From NCBI RefSeq assembly GCF_009914755.1, contig NC_060933.1: a DNA stretch of 64,000 bases. One strand, given 5' to 3'. Source of the stretch: the human T2T-CHM13v2.0 reference genome, Homo sapiens. Under the pieces are notes generated by a model. It searched no databases. It was not told the origin of the DNA and saw only the letters and a program-made list of their open reading frames with translations. The number at the start of each line of letters is the position of its first letter. Position 1 is the first letter of the stretch. Positions 41,974-58,165 of the stretch are shown piece after piece. Made by a program: the position numbers and the translations under genes.

Positions 41974-43393
41974 CTGCAAGGATAAAAAGTAGATCCATTT
42001 CTTCACCTTGGAAACCATAGAGCTCACCATTGCACTCTGTAAAAAATTCTAACTGTGAAAATATTAGAAGATGAAAATGGCACATTCATCCCTGAACACA
42101 TACATGATAAGAGATGGCAAGGCGGAAATGGGTACTATTCCGAGCTGTGACACCCTTATTTACACTTGTCAGACATATTTGCATTCAGAAATGTCAAGTG
42201 AGAGAGCACAAAGAAACACAGGCAGAGACTGGGCTCCAGAAATTCTCCCAGTGCTGTGCTTAACAAAGCTCACAGATTTATACTCAGAAAGTGCTCTAGG
42301 GAAGGTGATTGTTGATGATAAGAAAAAAAAACATATATGTGAATACAAAAAAATAGAATATATACGTACATATACACACATATATTTTATATATACATTC
42401 ATCTAATCTCATTCTATTGTCATGACAGTTTTTTCTCTCTCATTTAGTATTATCTAGATTTATAGAGAAAAGGTAAAATAACTGGGAATATGTGAACACA
42501 AAGAAATGCTCTGTCATTTGAGGAAAGAATATAGAAGTGAAAGCTCAAAAAATTCCAGAAGTGATATTGCTGATAGACAACACAGTGTTCACAGTGGCCA
42601 GTTCCTGTGACTTCTGCCTCAGAGATGTCTCCTGAATACTGCCCAGCAGTCTCTACTGTCTGTGGCCTCTTTCCACTCCACCACAGGCACTGTGACCCGG
42701 TCTCTCCCTTATATTATAGCCTTGGCTGGATCCCTAATGCCCACACACTCTTGGTTCATGATAAGCTCTGGCCCCTCACATTCTAGACCCAACCTAGCGT
42801 TCTAGATGATCTTGTCCAGTAACCTGTACGCACTTTCCAGAACCCTCTCTGTGCTCTCTTCCTGCACACATGAGACCTGCCCTGTGACCTCCATGCTTCC
42901 ACCATGCTGAACACTTACAAATTCCCACATCAACCCAGTCCTGGCCAGGCATCTTGATTTTGAATCCCCCTATTTTTTTCTGTTAGATTATCTTTTGATG
43001 TCAAACTTCTATTCATCCTCCCAGATTCTATTCAACTAGCATTTCTTCACTGCTATATTCTGGAACATCACAGACAAAATTAGTTGCTGTAATAGAGTGG
43101 ATCTCAAACTCAGCTCTAGATCCGAATCACCTGGGAAGTGTTTTTAACCTATGGATAATGGGCCCTCACCCTACATCTAGTAATTAAATGTTCTAGTGGT
43201 AGAGACAAGGCATCTCTATTTTTAAAAAAGCCTCCAGAGTAAATTCTCCCGTGGAGCCAAGGATGACAAATATCCCTCCAACCTCATGTTCTAAGCTTAC
43301 CATCATCATTCATGTTATACTGAACTTATAGTTTTTTTAAAAAAATCTCCATTTCTCTACCTAAATCAAGTTTTTGGGAAACTGTTTAGGGGG

Positions 43394-44063
<670 letters not shown>

Positions 44064-45102
44064 GAAGTTTAAGCCTCATTTATCGCTAGTCTCTAGAACA
44101 CAGTGCTAATGTAGCAGCCATCCCAATAAATAAGTCTGAAATGTAAATTCAATACATTTGGAAAAATGACTAATGAACTTGGTGAAACTATTTAATTTGA
44201 GAAGCAGCCCTGTAAGGCCCTGGGTCCATCCCATGTAAGGACAGATAGTTTGAAAAAAAGACCTTGTTGAAAAATAAACATGCAAACACATATAACCACT
44301 GCCCCTCCTGCACAGGGGAATGCCATCTCCTCCAAAGGACCCGGAAAGGGATAAAGGGAGCAGTTCTAGGTGGAAATGTAGATCAGGATTAAATTTACAG
44401 TATACCCTGAACAATCACTATTTCACCAATTTGTAAGGGCTCATCCCAAATAATTAACCTCACCTAGCTAATGTTTCCATGTGGATTTTTTTAAATGAAA
44501 ACAGAAGGATTCTTTGGTTAAAAATGTATCTTCATTATAAAATTTCTCTCAACTCTATCTTTTGCAGTTATATCCCTATAAAGGAAAGGATGCAAATGAT
44601 GGTTTAAAAATAACTACAAAACCAACAAATGAAAAGTATAAAAAATTTAGAAAAATGCCACAAATCAAAAAGAATACAATAAAAAGAATAATTCCATTAT
44701 ACAAGTGACTAATTATGCTTAACATTCTGGGTACGTTTGTGTGTATGTAAAAATGCCTCTTACTTATAAAATTACATTGTATTATTTTATAACCAGCACT
44801 TTTTATTTAAGATGCTATGAATAACGTCCTAGGCCATTAAGTAGTCTTCTCCACCTCACTGCTAATGGATATATGATTTCAACTCAGTAATGTGCCATAA
44901 TTTGACCAATTCCCTGTGGCTAAATTTCCAAGCCTCACTCCAAGTCTATTGTATCAGAATGATAAAACCCAGAATCTGTATTCCCGGTGATTCTGGTAAC
45001 AAGAGAGTTTCAGCCAATAAAGTATGGCAACATTCATATAGTAAGAATATCCTATTACAGTAAAAGCAATGCCATTTCTTCACAGCATCTTCCTACACAT
45101 AA

Positions 45103-45478
<376 letters not shown>

Positions 45479-46517
45479 TAACCATTTTCTTTTGCAATTG
45501 AAAAAATTTGTCTCTTACTTAACCGTATAAAATTTAGAAATGCAGAAAAGTCAAAAAGGAAAAATAATTCCCAGATATAATCACTGATAACATTTTGGGA
45601 TTTTCCCAGGAATTTTTCTTTACATTTTCACATCTATCTCTATAATATATACAACAATAGTATTGTACTCCATTGGTTTACAACCTGCTTTTTCACTATT
45701 AACAATATACTGTCAGCTTTATTCTGTGTCAACACTTTTCATAGAGATTCACTCAACTACACATAAAGCTTCAAAGCTCTTTAATTGTCATGTCATTTTG
45801 CTCATTTCTCCAATTTGTTCTCAGAGGCAACATCAGAGACTAAGTAGAACTTAATTTATCTTAATTTCAACAATGTTTTTTGACTATGTTCCCTTAAATT
45901 CTGGACCCAACTATTTGCTTATAAAATTTGATTGGGAGTCAAAAATATCAAGTCTGTTAAGCTACAATTTCCTATATTTGCGTTTTTCTCTTTTAAAAAG
46001 ATATTGGACAATATTTACCCAGCTCTAGTTTCCTGGCACCTCTCCAATTCTCTCTGAGTTCTCAGAGATTGCCAGCAGTGGTTTTTGTCACCCATCTGTG
46101 AGTTCTTTGAGTCTCTGTTGTTTGGGCTTTCAAAGCCTACGGTAAATTAATTTGTTTAACAAATAATCTTTTGAATATTCTCAACAGTTGCAAGTCTCTA
46201 TCCTTTGGGGGAAATTTGAGACCTTAATACAACCCAAAATAATGGCTGCCCAATTAAGTTAGTAGGATATATGGCAAGTTGAAAAATATCATTTTTGGTT
46301 AAAAAACAAGATTTTGACTATAAAGTTACACAGCTGGTCTTGTATGGCTCGCCAATTATCTCCAAAAAGAAAATGTAAAAGAGAAGCTCCAACAAAGTTT
46401 TGTGTTACACGAGCATCCATGCAATACATAAATAGCCTACAAAGTAAGTACTGAGCTGGATGTGTCAGTTCTATTGTGTTTGATATTTTAAAAATCCAAT
46501 TTTATTATATTATTAAC

Positions 46518-46886
46518 AATGTTAGTCTGCTTAGGCTGCCATAATAAAATGCCACAGATTGGGTGGCTTAAACAACAGAAATTTATTTTCTCAAAGTTTT
46601 GGAGACTGGGAAGTCCAAGGTCAAGGTGCCAGATGGTTAGGTTCCTGGCAAGGGTTCCCTTTCTGGCTTGCAGTTTTCTGCCTTTTCCACTGCATCCTCA
46701 CATGGCAGAGACAGCAAGCTATTGAGCTCTCTGATGTCTCTTTTTATAAGGACGTGAATTCTGCAGAACCAAGGCTCCACCTCATGACCTCGTTTAAACT
46801 TAATTGCTTCCTTACTCCAAATACAGCCACACTGGGGTTAGGATTTCAACATGTGAATCTGGACGGGACACAATTCAGTCCACGGC
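46518..46886 (-). mobile_element. MLT1A-like LTR
   Basis: ttaggctgccataataaaatgccacagattgggtggcttaaacaacagaaattta...caattcagtccacggca. Confidence 0.85.
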
Positions 46887-48569
46887 AGACACTATAGTCA
46901 CAGCTATTTATAATCTTAATACAGGGGCCACATTTAACAAACCGAAAATCACAGCCTCTTGTTTGACAAGTTTAAGATGTATTTATGGGATTGATGGGAT
47001 TTAGAAAATCAGGAATATCCTGGCAAGTCCAGGAACCATCATCAGCTAATTCCTCCCCGTGGGGAATTCTGTCAAAAGGTTTTTGTTTTTGTTTTTGTTT
47101 TTTCACAATTTACCCTCACTTTTATTTTAATGGTTAAATAAATGTGTATAAATAAAGAAAAGTGTCTATGTTTCCACATGGTGTGTAAAGAGTCAAAAAA
47201 ATTAATAAATAAAAAAACCTCTGTAAAAAGGAAAAGAAACTTAATTGTTGATTTCTCCCCTCTCCTCAGCGACTTTGGAGAACCCAAAAGGAAAGGAGCA
47301 GTAATAGCCTATCCTCCTCTCCTCCTCAGTTCTCCAAACTGGCGGACAGAATTTGGGGTAAGAGAAGTGAAGGGCTCTTTAAATCCAGCAGGTAATTTTG
47401 CCTTTGGAGAAGATTTTGGCAAGGAGTGCTTTTTTTTTTTCTTTTTTTTTTTTGATGTGGAGGAGGCTTTTGATCTGCAGGTACCATTTGTTTGAAAAAC
47501 GCTGTTAATTCTGTAGAGCTGGAATGTTTACCAGAGGAGAGGGAAGAAAGGCCAGCTATTTAGAGTATAAGAAAGTCAAAATGGATGTCCACATTTGCAC
47601 AGTGGCTCCTTCAGCTGCTCAGGGTAGAGAGGTGGGAAGACATGGATTAGAATTGCTGCTCTGGAATAAAGAGGTCCCTATGGGGATATTGTCTAGAAGC
47701 CTGAGGGCAGTGGGCTGAGTATATAAGGATGGGGAACTGCCCTCAGTTATTCGTAAAAGCCCAGTTCCTATGCCTAGAGCACACATCATGAGTAAAATGA
47801 GAACTCCTTTCAAAGGACACATCTACCCACACTGTTTCTAAAAGGAATGACCTGGTGGAACTACTATTATAAGCTCTCAGGCTGTAAACCATTGTGTCTT
47901 GTAATTTTTTTGATCACAAATACACAAATGTAATTTTCTCTGTCATGTAGATATTTTACCAAGGACATAGCAGCTCCATGCTACAGCCATGATTCCAATT
48001 ACTTTCCTTCCCTTCTCAGGCTTGATTTAGGCTTCTTCATAACAAACCATTACTTTTCAATTTTAGTATGTATTTCTACTCACGAATCAATACAGACTAC
48101 TCAGATGTACCATTTTCTTTCTGTTCTGCTACTCCTAAAAGACCAGATTGAAGGGATCTGTTTTTGTTTGCTTGCTTCTCTTAAATAGCTGCTATTTACA
48201 AGTCACACTGTCTGTGGTGCTTTCCATACAAAGAGATTATTTACCAAGACACTAGCTTCTTTCCGTGCCAGGAAAGGGTAATACCTGTCTGACTACCCCA
48301 GCTGTTCTGGCCACATGTCCCAACATTATACCAGAAAATATACAACTGACAATAGAATAGTCATGGTGTGGATTTTTATAAAATAATGTCAAACTCTAGA
48401 CATTGCTGCAAAACTGATTCTGGGCTATCTGGAAGAATTTGCCGACAGCTCATTTCAGTTCTCTCTAGTCCATCAGATTGAGCTTCCCCAATTAAGCTCT
48501 CTTTACTGGACACTCAAGGAAGAAAAAGATACCATTTTAATCAGTGTACAAAGAAGAGAGCAACACTAA

Positions 48570-48952
<383 letters not shown>

Positions 48953-49163
48953 TAGTTCTTCGTATAACATATAGGATAATAATTACTATTTTGTCTAGTT
49001 ACTTAGTTTTTTCTATCTTGCTCCATGGAATGTAAGCTTAAAAGATTTAGAGAGTACAAAGATTCATTCACCATCAAATCCTAGATCAAGTTATGATACC
49101 TGGCACATAGTAAGTATGCAATAAATATCATTGAATGCGTAAGTAAATGAATTAATGAAAGCA

Positions 49164-49417
49164 TTCTTTCTTTTTCTTGCTTCCTTTCCTCTTCCTTCTC
49201 CTTCTTCTTCCTTTTCTCCTGCTTCTGCTCCTCTCCTTCTTCTTCTACCTCTTCTTCTTCCTCATCTCTTCTTTTCTTCTTCTTCCTACTCCTTTTTCTT
49301 CTTTTCCTCCTCCTCCTCCTTTTTTATTCTTCTCTCTCTTTATTTTTCCTCCTCGTCCTCTTTCTCCTTTTTTATTCTTCTCTTTATTTTTCCTCCTCAT
49401 CCTCTTTCTCCTTTTTT
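49164..49417. repeat. ~250-bp pyrimidine-rich low-complexity tract with an internal ~45-bp duplication
   Basis: CTT/CCT-rich; tttttattcttctct..ttatttttcctcctc(g/a)tcctctttctcct occurs twice (~49318-49417). Confidence 0.9.
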
Positions 49418-51789
49418 GATCCATTTCGACTTCTACCTCTTGACTGGTTCACGTCTTCTAAAGCAATTACTTCAGGATAAGGAGTTTATTTTCTCATTTA
49501 CTTATTTCTTCCCTAATCATAGGTGTGTAAACTTAAATATTTGGGCTCCATCTATTTACTTAAAAAGTCTAATCATAAAGTTCTTTGAGTTAGTGTCTCA
49601 GTAGCAAAACCAAATTATCTGATCCATTATATTTTTCAAGTCAAAATCCATTTATTACCTAAACTCCTAAATATGACAATATATTTTTGCTTCTCTTTTT
49701 TTCAATGGATAGGGACATATTTGCATAAGACAGTTCCCACACCTTCTTCATCCCAACTCTCAAAGTTAGATAAACATAAACCAAATTTTAGGAATTTTCC
49801 TATACAGATATGCTGTGTGTGTTTTTCCAGAGAAAGGCACAGATATCTCAGGTGGTAAGAGTTGAAGTAGTATAGGAAAATGAATACGTTCCAAATGTAT
49901 ATATAGACAGGGGACTCTGCTGCTGAGTGAAATTCAACATACGGGTGGCCCTTCTTACACTTTATACAAGGGTTTGTTTACTTAGTAAAGTAGCAAAAAG
50001 CGTTTAGATATAAAGCAGATTCTCTGAGTGCCCAACATAAATAGCATTATTATAAGACACTGTATTTTCCTACTGATACATGAAAAAACTAGAAAAATGC
50101 ACAGCTTCATCAAACTTCAAGCTAATTTCCCCCTTTTAGTGCTTTTTTCTCCTCTTTAAAAAGAATTTGTCAGCAAAAGCAGCCATCGAATCAAACTCTC
50201 TTAAAACAAAGTTACTTATAAGTTCTAAGAAACTGAATATATTATTTGGGTTTCCTCTTCACTCAAAGCCTTACAATTAACAACCAAGCCTACAGTTCAT
50301 AAGTTGTGTAACACTAACCTAACACTATTTTTGTCCAACCAAAAGATTGGTGCAAAGCACTGGGTAGGACTATTGTTGGGAGTATTTTGTGTATTAGTCA
50401 AGTCTTTAACTGTCAAGAATCTTATGGCAAAACAATTGAGATCATGTTTTTTCAAATCAGAGATGATCTTCATGCATATCTTCAAAACCAAAGAACACTT
50501 ATTGAGATGACAAGTAGTGACCTAAACATTAGTAAAATAGTAATGTTAAACATTTATAAAGGCAAGGGCAGTTTGTTCATTTGTTTGAACATTGAGTGAG
50601 ATCCCTAATCCCTGTAGAATCCTGGTAGACTTGCCCTGATGCTCTACCCATCAACAAAGAAGGCTCAAGATGTAAGAACTTCATGGTCTCCAATAAACAG
50701 ATGGAACAGGAGGTCAACCTTAAATAGAGGAATAATTGACTGAACCAGAACAGAACCAAGATTCTAAGGTATATCTGTGAAAACTCTTTTATTAACAAGT
50801 GGTGGAAAACTCAACTACGTATAACTTGAATAGGAGCTTTATGGCTCAAAAAACCGAAAAATACAGGATTAAAGTTCCATTTTCAAGAATAGTTATTTTC
50901 AAGCTCTCCTGTGCTGTTGTTAGGACTTGTTCTCTCACTTGTGTGTGCTGTCACTCTCTTGCTCTTTTTCGTTTTTTCTTGTTTTCTTGCTCTGCATTTC
51001 TCTGTTTTTGCCTCCCCGTTAGGCAGGCTTCCCCCTCATAGAACAAGATGATTACCAGCAACTCTAAAACAACACTGCTACAAGCTCAGCAACCTCAGTC
51101 CCTCCAAAGTGTTCCAACAAAAGCCCCATATTGAGTCTTGTTGAACCACGTTCAATTAAAGACCCATCTCTGAATCCATTTCTGTGGCCAGGGGATCAAT
51201 GCCAATGGACTAGCCTTGAGCCAGCCTTATCTAACCCAAAAGGAAGACTGGGCTTCCATTATCCGAAGAAAGGAGCATATATTAAAGGTAAGCAAAATCA
51301 CAGTTAACTACTACTGAAAAACAGGTAGAAACATTGTAGACTAAGCTAAAAGAAAGGAAACAGGACTGAGAAAATCTGCATGCTTCAGGGGCAAATGGGA
51401 GGAAGGTGAGTCATGGAAAACACCCACTCAGCTCATCAGCTTCTGAAATCTTGAAGCTTGCATTAGCTTAAACCCCGATTTTGCTTCCAGCAGCCGGTGG
51501 TTGTTGTGACAGGCTACTACAAGCCAATTGGTGGAAAATTTCTGGTCATATAACATGTTGAGTCTCTGACACTGCCACAGTTGCCAGCACTGTTTCTCTG
51601 TCCACACTCACTAAGAATAGCTGGCCCTGCTCCAAGCTTCTGATGTTCTGCTTACACCATTGGACCCCATAGCCAACCAGTAGATTAAGAATGAGCTGTT
51701 GACCAGAGGGTAACTCAGCCTGAAGCAAAAGACTAAGGCACTGTAACCAAAGAGGGACAGGTTCTGAAGCTCTAATGTTGTTGGTGGTA

Positions 51790-51925
51790 GTCAGGCAATC
51801 CTATGTCTTGGTTCACCCGGAACATCTCAGTTTATACCTGCTGTCCTGGAGAAATAATCAATCCTACTGCCTTTCATATTCAAAAGATTCATGATTTGGA
51901 TGAGAAATGATTTGAGTCGTCCTGC
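51790..51925. mobile_element. MER94-like hAT-Blackjack MITE within an old LTR remnant
   Basis: ggttcacccggaacatctcagtttatacctgctgtcctgg...tttcatattcaaaag...ttggatga. Confidence 0.5.
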
Positions 51926-53389
51926 CTATAAGTTCATGTAATTTTGGGGGAGGTAGCCACTCACAACTGAGAGAGATGGGGAAACAGAAAGATGATTATG
52001 AGGAGACCATGCAATACTTGAAAGCTGGAGACGATATACCTCCTTCCCCACCATGGTACCAAGACACTGTCTGGGCCTGAATGCCTTACATTCCAGGAGA
52101 CACTTCACTTCGATAACTTTTTCTTTTTGACTTGAGCTACTTTGTATAGGTAGCTTTGATTAAAACAGAAATTCCCCCAATTTACAATAATGTATTTTTT
52201 TCCTGGGTCATTGCCAGACACTAGAGTTTGCTGAGAGTGTATTATTTTCATTTGTTTTTACTAAAAATTTTATATATTTTAATGTCTTACTCATTTCATG
52301 TGCTTTTAAAATCTGCACCATGCTTTTCTGAACGCTAGAGGTGAATCAGTCTATTTGCAATTAGGCCTATTTCTACCACTGTGCTTTAACCAATCCAGTG
52401 AAGACCACCCCATATTAATATTACTTGGGATGAAGATGGAATTTCAGACAACCTCCTAGTCATTTGAAGGTCACCAGACTTATAGAAAGATAAATGGTAC
52501 CTTCATTCACTACGTAAGGCCAGAATGCACCTTCTGGAGCATTTAACATGTATTCACAGAGGGACTAATTTATTTATGTTGTAGCATGAGCTATTATTCA
52601 ATTAGTTCTCATAGCCTCCTGAGGCCTCTGCATGCCTCCCAGCAAGTAAAGCAGCACAGGTAAACACCAAACAGGTGGCATACAGGCACATTTCCAATTT
52701 GATTAGATTTACACTGTTTAAAAAATGACATTTGACAACTGAAATGAACATTTTCATGATTGCTTATGCCATACTCCCTCCATTCCCCTAACAAATAACT
52801 TTGGAGAAGCATTAGTGTAATCCTATATAGCATTCAGTTTAAAAAACTGAAACAGCAGTCTGTACCTTCACTACATAATGCTTGGGGCACTTTATTTTGC
52901 CAAGAGGAAACTTTGCATAATACGTAGACTTCAAAATCTCTCTGGGCTTTCCCTTTATATATTATCCATAAATGAATCAGACAAAAACACTTACAAACTC
53001 AGTTGAGAAATGCTATAGCTGGTACAAGACAGAGGAAAGAAAGTATTTTGTACCTGGAAGACTTGAGATTTCAAATTTAAAAAGACCACTTTGGATGACA
53101 AGTAACTGCTTTGTTAGTTTTGCCATGCGATTTTTAAGATCTAGCTCTCTTCCCATTCTAACACGCATTTAACAATAATTCGGCATGGTTGTGCTACCTA
53201 ATCCTATTTAAGAAATTCATCTTGTATTCATTCTTTTAGAGAGCAAAATGTACCCACGGTAGTTCTCAGTGAAGTGAATCTATAATTGGCTAAAAGCGTG
53301 ATGTGCATCTGTCTTCTTAGCTCAATCTCTTTGCTTTTATCTTGTTTTCTCTTTCATATTTATATTGATAGTCAACTGGGTGCAAAATG

Positions 53390-53690
53390 AGCAGAGGCTA
53401 AATCTGGTCTGTAGGAATATTTAATTTGGCCATGATGTGTTTTAAAAGTCAGAAGAATGTCACAGGAAACAAGGATTTCTACCTTAAATAGTATGACAGG
53501 GCACACAGGGGTCTGAATTACTGTGTAGCAACAACCGACATGAGGGAAGTAGCTACTGCAACCTTTTGAATGGACATGAGACCTCCAGTTGCCATAGTTG
53601 CCCCATTCTCTCTTCTTTGCAACCAGCCCTCTTCATGCATTTCCATGACTTGCTTGGGCTGCATAGGCATTTGAGTCTGTGCTTCCCATA
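53390..53690. mobile_element. MER102/MER58-group hAT element
   Basis: ggctaaatctggtctgtag...taggcatttgagtctgtgcttcc. Confidence 0.45.
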
Positions 53691-54914
53691 TACTCAAGGC
53701 CCCATTACAAAACTTCATGGACAAAAAGTCTGCAACTTAAAATATCAAGTACTTCCCTTCTATTTTTGAGCACCACAAAATCATAAAAACTAAGAAAAAT
53801 GATAGCCAAACATAGTATTGTATGCTTATTTCAATCAATTGACGGTTTTATTTTAAATGTGTATGAGAAGTAGTTGTGTTTCTTGGCAATGACCTTATTT
53901 GGTCATTTTGTGCAGACACTCATTAGGGCAGGTTCAAACTTAAATCTAGAGCTATCAGATAAGTTCTGGTGAGTCAGTCACTATCATTCCCAAACAACAT
54001 ATTTTTATATGAATATGGTACTGTTGACTGATTTCAGCTATGAAAACGAGTTTTTCTCAAACCATTCATTTCCCCACCCTTCCTGTATAATTACTAATGA
54101 TCCATGGGATCCTGGAGTATGGCATCTATATTGAAGAGTGATTCCACTCAGAGAGGATGCCTATGCCACCCACCGCTTTATCATCCTTCCCTAACAAAGT
54201 GATCAACCATCTACTCTATGACAAGCAACTAATAGATCCAGCAATAGTTAAATTAGTGCTTCCTGGTTGACATCCATCTGCACTTTCCTTACACAGAAGA
54301 GGGGATAACATGGACTGAAAGCCAGGAGGATTCAATCCAGGGATATTGGTTATCATTCAATATTTTTATAACCACAACCAGCAGATCTTTGTATATATAC
54401 GGCTTACCTTCAGCTTTAACTGCAATCCAGCTCTAGAATGAGTGTCAAATCTATAATTTTTTGATACTTTGATAAAAAGGGATATTCTAAATCTTATTGA
54501 GAATGTAGCTATTGAGTGACTGTTGAGTCTAGATTCCTTGACACTCTGGTATGAAGGCATATTCCAAGTCCTATTGGGAACCCATATAAAAATTTTCTTC
54601 AGATCCAAATGCCAAAAGAAGCTTTGTTTGACATATTCTGCCCTCCTGCCACTGCTCTATCTTTTATGGACTCTGGAGATCATGTAAATTCACAGTGTTT
54701 CCCCTTTTGCTTGAATGTCAAGATGCCCAGAGTCAAAATCATGGGTTGGCAGTAATACTTACGAGTCCTCTAATATGCAGATCTGTGTTTTAATTTGCTC
54801 TTGGCCTCAGACTTCTGTGCTTTCTATATGTTCTCTAATTTTGAACTTTATCTGTTTATATTTTACTATAGAGATGTGTGACGAAACTCAAACTTTCTGT
54901 GGTAAAAGTTAGGA

Positions 54915-54975
54915 GATGGATACATGGATGGATAGATGGATGAATGGACGGATGGATAGATGAACAGATAGGTAG
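54915..54975. repeat. (GGAT/AGAT)n tetranucleotide repeat
   Basis: atggatacatggatggatagatggatgaatggacggatggatagatg. Confidence 0.85.
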
Positions 54976-57310
54976 AAAGACTGATCAATTAATCCCATCA
55001 ATACTACATGAAGCTTTAACAGAGACTGATTAAATCATGCTGCAATTTTTCTGCCTCACTTTCCACACAATAACCCACCCTGCTCTGAACAGCAAACATG
55101 AGGACTTTGGAAGCAACAGCCTTGGTCCCATATGCTGAAAGCAGATGGGAGCTGCACTGTCTTCACAGTAGCAGCTGCCCAGGAACCAAAGTGAAGAGGA
55201 GGAGGCTGGGGGAAAGGAGCACAAGGGGAAACACAAAAGAACAATCGGGAGTGGAGAGGAGATACTTCCTGCTGCCAGTCTCAGCCAGGGTCAAAAGCAA
55301 ACACGCACTCAGGAAGTGCTCCATTTAGTACCATTTTCACATTCATAGTGCCACTTAATCCAATCCCCATTGCCAAGAGATATTACGATCTCCATCATAC
55401 AGATGGAAGAGAACTACAGACACAGTTTGCTCTGAGACAAACCAGCCAGGCCACTGTTCATTCCAGCACCAATATCTGCATTCCAGAAAGTGGGAAATTC
55501 TGAAACCTAGGACAACACTGAGGGGCATGTTCTACCTCGGAATAAGCTGTTAGTGAATCAGTTGACGATGGCTGAGAAGAAAAGATACACACAAAATTAA
55601 GATGTAACATATTCATGTAACGTAACTAACAGGGAAGTGGCTTCAGCTCCAACCAGAAAGATTGGCTAGACAGGGAAAGGTTTTCTGATCCCAAAGTTTA
55701 CAAAATCAAGACAGTGAAAATTTCTCTGTGTAACTGCAGACGTTTTTTCTTTGGAGATAATTATTTGAAAACTAGTTATCTATTATTCTGGGCTGGTAAA
55801 GTGTTGCCAGAAATTTATGAAAAATACTCTAGCTGAACTCCTCCTGTACTTATAAAGCAGGTATCTATCAATTATACAATGTGTGATTTATCACCGTAAA
55901 GCAACAAGAACACCATGTTTATAAAATACTGCACCTTAAATTGCTCCCTGTGTTGCCTATACACAGGTACATATACACATGTACACACACACACAACACA
56001 CACAAACAAATACATAAATTAATTCTAAGAGGTGTAGTATAGAAGTATTCAGTGCAGAGGCAGAGAGCTCAGACTCTCTCTCTCTTTCTCTCTTGCTAGG
56101 TAGACAGATAGATAAAATCCACATGCATACATACTATATGTACATGTGTTATATGTTAATACCTATTTATACATGAGTACATGTGTGCATGCACACACCC
56201 ATATAGATATCATATAGTAAGAACTTAAAAGAGTGTTAATTTAGGTTGGAAATTCTGTTTCATTTTGATAAAGGAAAATGGACATAAGTGTGAATTTTAT
56301 CCAACTGGCCCCCAGGTCTCTACTGGGGATCTGTTTCTTTCACAATTACCCCAGGGTAGGATGGCCCTTTCTGAGTTTTTTCTTTGAAGATCTAGCATTG
56401 AAATTCATACCAGCACTATGGAAGGAAGCCAAGAAAGCCAGCTTTTCTTGGAAGGCTGCATGCCTCAGAACAACCTGAGCCAAGGGGGCCAGAGTGCTGG
56501 CGGTGAGTCAGCTCCTTATTAAAAAGATTTATTGATCACCTGCTGTGTGCTAGGCACAGGAGTAGGGGATATGGAGGATGGCTACAAACAAAATTAGAAA
56601 TGAGACTTCCCCCATCAAGGAATATGTGACGAGGAGAGAGAGAGGAGAGAGAGAGAGAGAGACAGAAGAAACGGACACACACGAGAACTACTGCAAAGCA
56701 ATACATTGTTACACACAAAATGTTTTTAGAATAATTTGTATTCAAAGATCCAGGGGACGGAGCTCTGTGTGTTCCATCAGGGAAGGCTGCTTAGAGGAGG
56801 TGAACTGTGAACCAAAGGAAGAAGGAGACATTTGGGTAGGCAGAAAGGAGGAAGGGGGACAAGGACTTGAGGCAAAGCTTCCAGCGGGGAAATTTGGAGT
56901 TCCTATGCAGGCAAAGGTGTAGCCTGATTTTCCAGTGTGAAAGAACTGAGATGCAGAGTTACAGAAAAAAATAAAGGCTAAACAGAAAGCCCAGTTGGTG
57001 ATGTAATGTTAAATGTAAGGTTGGATTTGTCATTTTACGCAACTGGTAGCCTGTGTGGGTTTTTGAGAAGGTTCTGATGGCAATTTTAGCAGTTTTCTTT
57101 GTGCTGAACTTTGGTCCTGCCATGAATAGCATAGCTGACTTTATGATCACTTCCATCAAAATTCATTAGGTTGCAGCCTACATGAGGGAAGGAAGCCTGT
57201 TTCTGGCTTGCTCACCATTACCAAGGTCAGTAACTGGTGTACTCCAGAAAACCAATCATTCCCATGATGAATAAGAAAAAATCCCCTATTAATTAATTAA
57301 TTAGTTTATT

Positions 57311-57605
57311 TATTGAGACAGGAGTCTCATTTTGTCATCCAGGCTGGAGTGCAGTGGCACCATCAGGGCCCATTGCAACCTTGGCCTCCTGTGCTCAAGC
57401 AATCCTCCTGCCTCAGCTTCCAGAGTAGCTGGGATTACAGGCATGTGCCATCACACCCAGCTAATTATTTTTATTTTTTATTTTTTAGTAGAGATGAGGT
57501 CTCATTATGTTGCCCAGGCTGATCTCAAACTCCTGAGCTGAAGTGATTCTCCCACCTCAGCCTCCCAAAGGGCTGGAATACAGGTGTGAGCCACCACAAC
57601 CAGCC
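57311..57605 (-). mobile_element. AluJ
   Basis: gctcaagcaatcctcctgcctcagc...gtctcattatgttgcccaggctg (J-type wording). Confidence 0.9.
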
Positions 57606-57634
57606 ACCTATTTAGTAATTAAAATTTAATATAT

Positions 57635-58165
57635 TGTATTAGTAAAGGTTCTGTAGAGAGACAGGACTAATAGGATAGATGTATACATGAAGGAGATTTT
57701 ATTGACTCACACAATCACAAGGTGATTGTGATTGTGTCTGCAATAGGCTGTCTGCAAATTGAGGGGCAAGGAAGCCTGTCTGAATCCCAAAACCTCAAAA
57801 GTAGGGAAGCTGACAGTGCAGCCTTCAGTCTGTGGTCGAAGGTCCAAGAGCCCCTGGCAAATCACTGGTGTAAGCCCAAGAGTCCAAAAGCTGAATAACT
57901 TGGAGTCCGATGTTTGAAGGCAGGATGCATTCAGCATGGGAGAAGGATGGAGGCCCGAAGACTCAGCAAGTCTGCTCTTTCCATGCCTGCTTTTATGCTG
58001 TCGGCTGATTGGATGGTGCCCACCCAGAATGAGGGTGGGTCTGCCTCTCCCAGTCTACTGACTCAGATGTTAATCTTCTTTGGCAACAGCCTCACAGACA
58101 CACCCAGGAACAATACTTTGCATCCTTCAATCCAATCAAGTTGACACTCAATATTAACCATCACA
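57635..58165 (-). mobile_element. MLT2 solo LTR (same type as 2871-3538, uninterrupted)
   Basis: tgtattagtaaaggttctgtagagagacaggactaataggatagatgta...aaccatcaca; TSD tatat. Confidence 0.92.

Noticed and set aside
46140-46515. Possible mariner-type (MARNA-like) remnant
   Set aside because: Resemblance too weak to call by eye.
49155-49604. 149-aa hydrophobic F/S/L-rich ORF
   Set aside because: Translation of a low-complexity pyrimidine tract.
54366-54608. Minus ORF ending at a strong AAG|gtaagc donor
   Set aside because: No CARM1-like or other recognisable peptide seen upstream of the donor.
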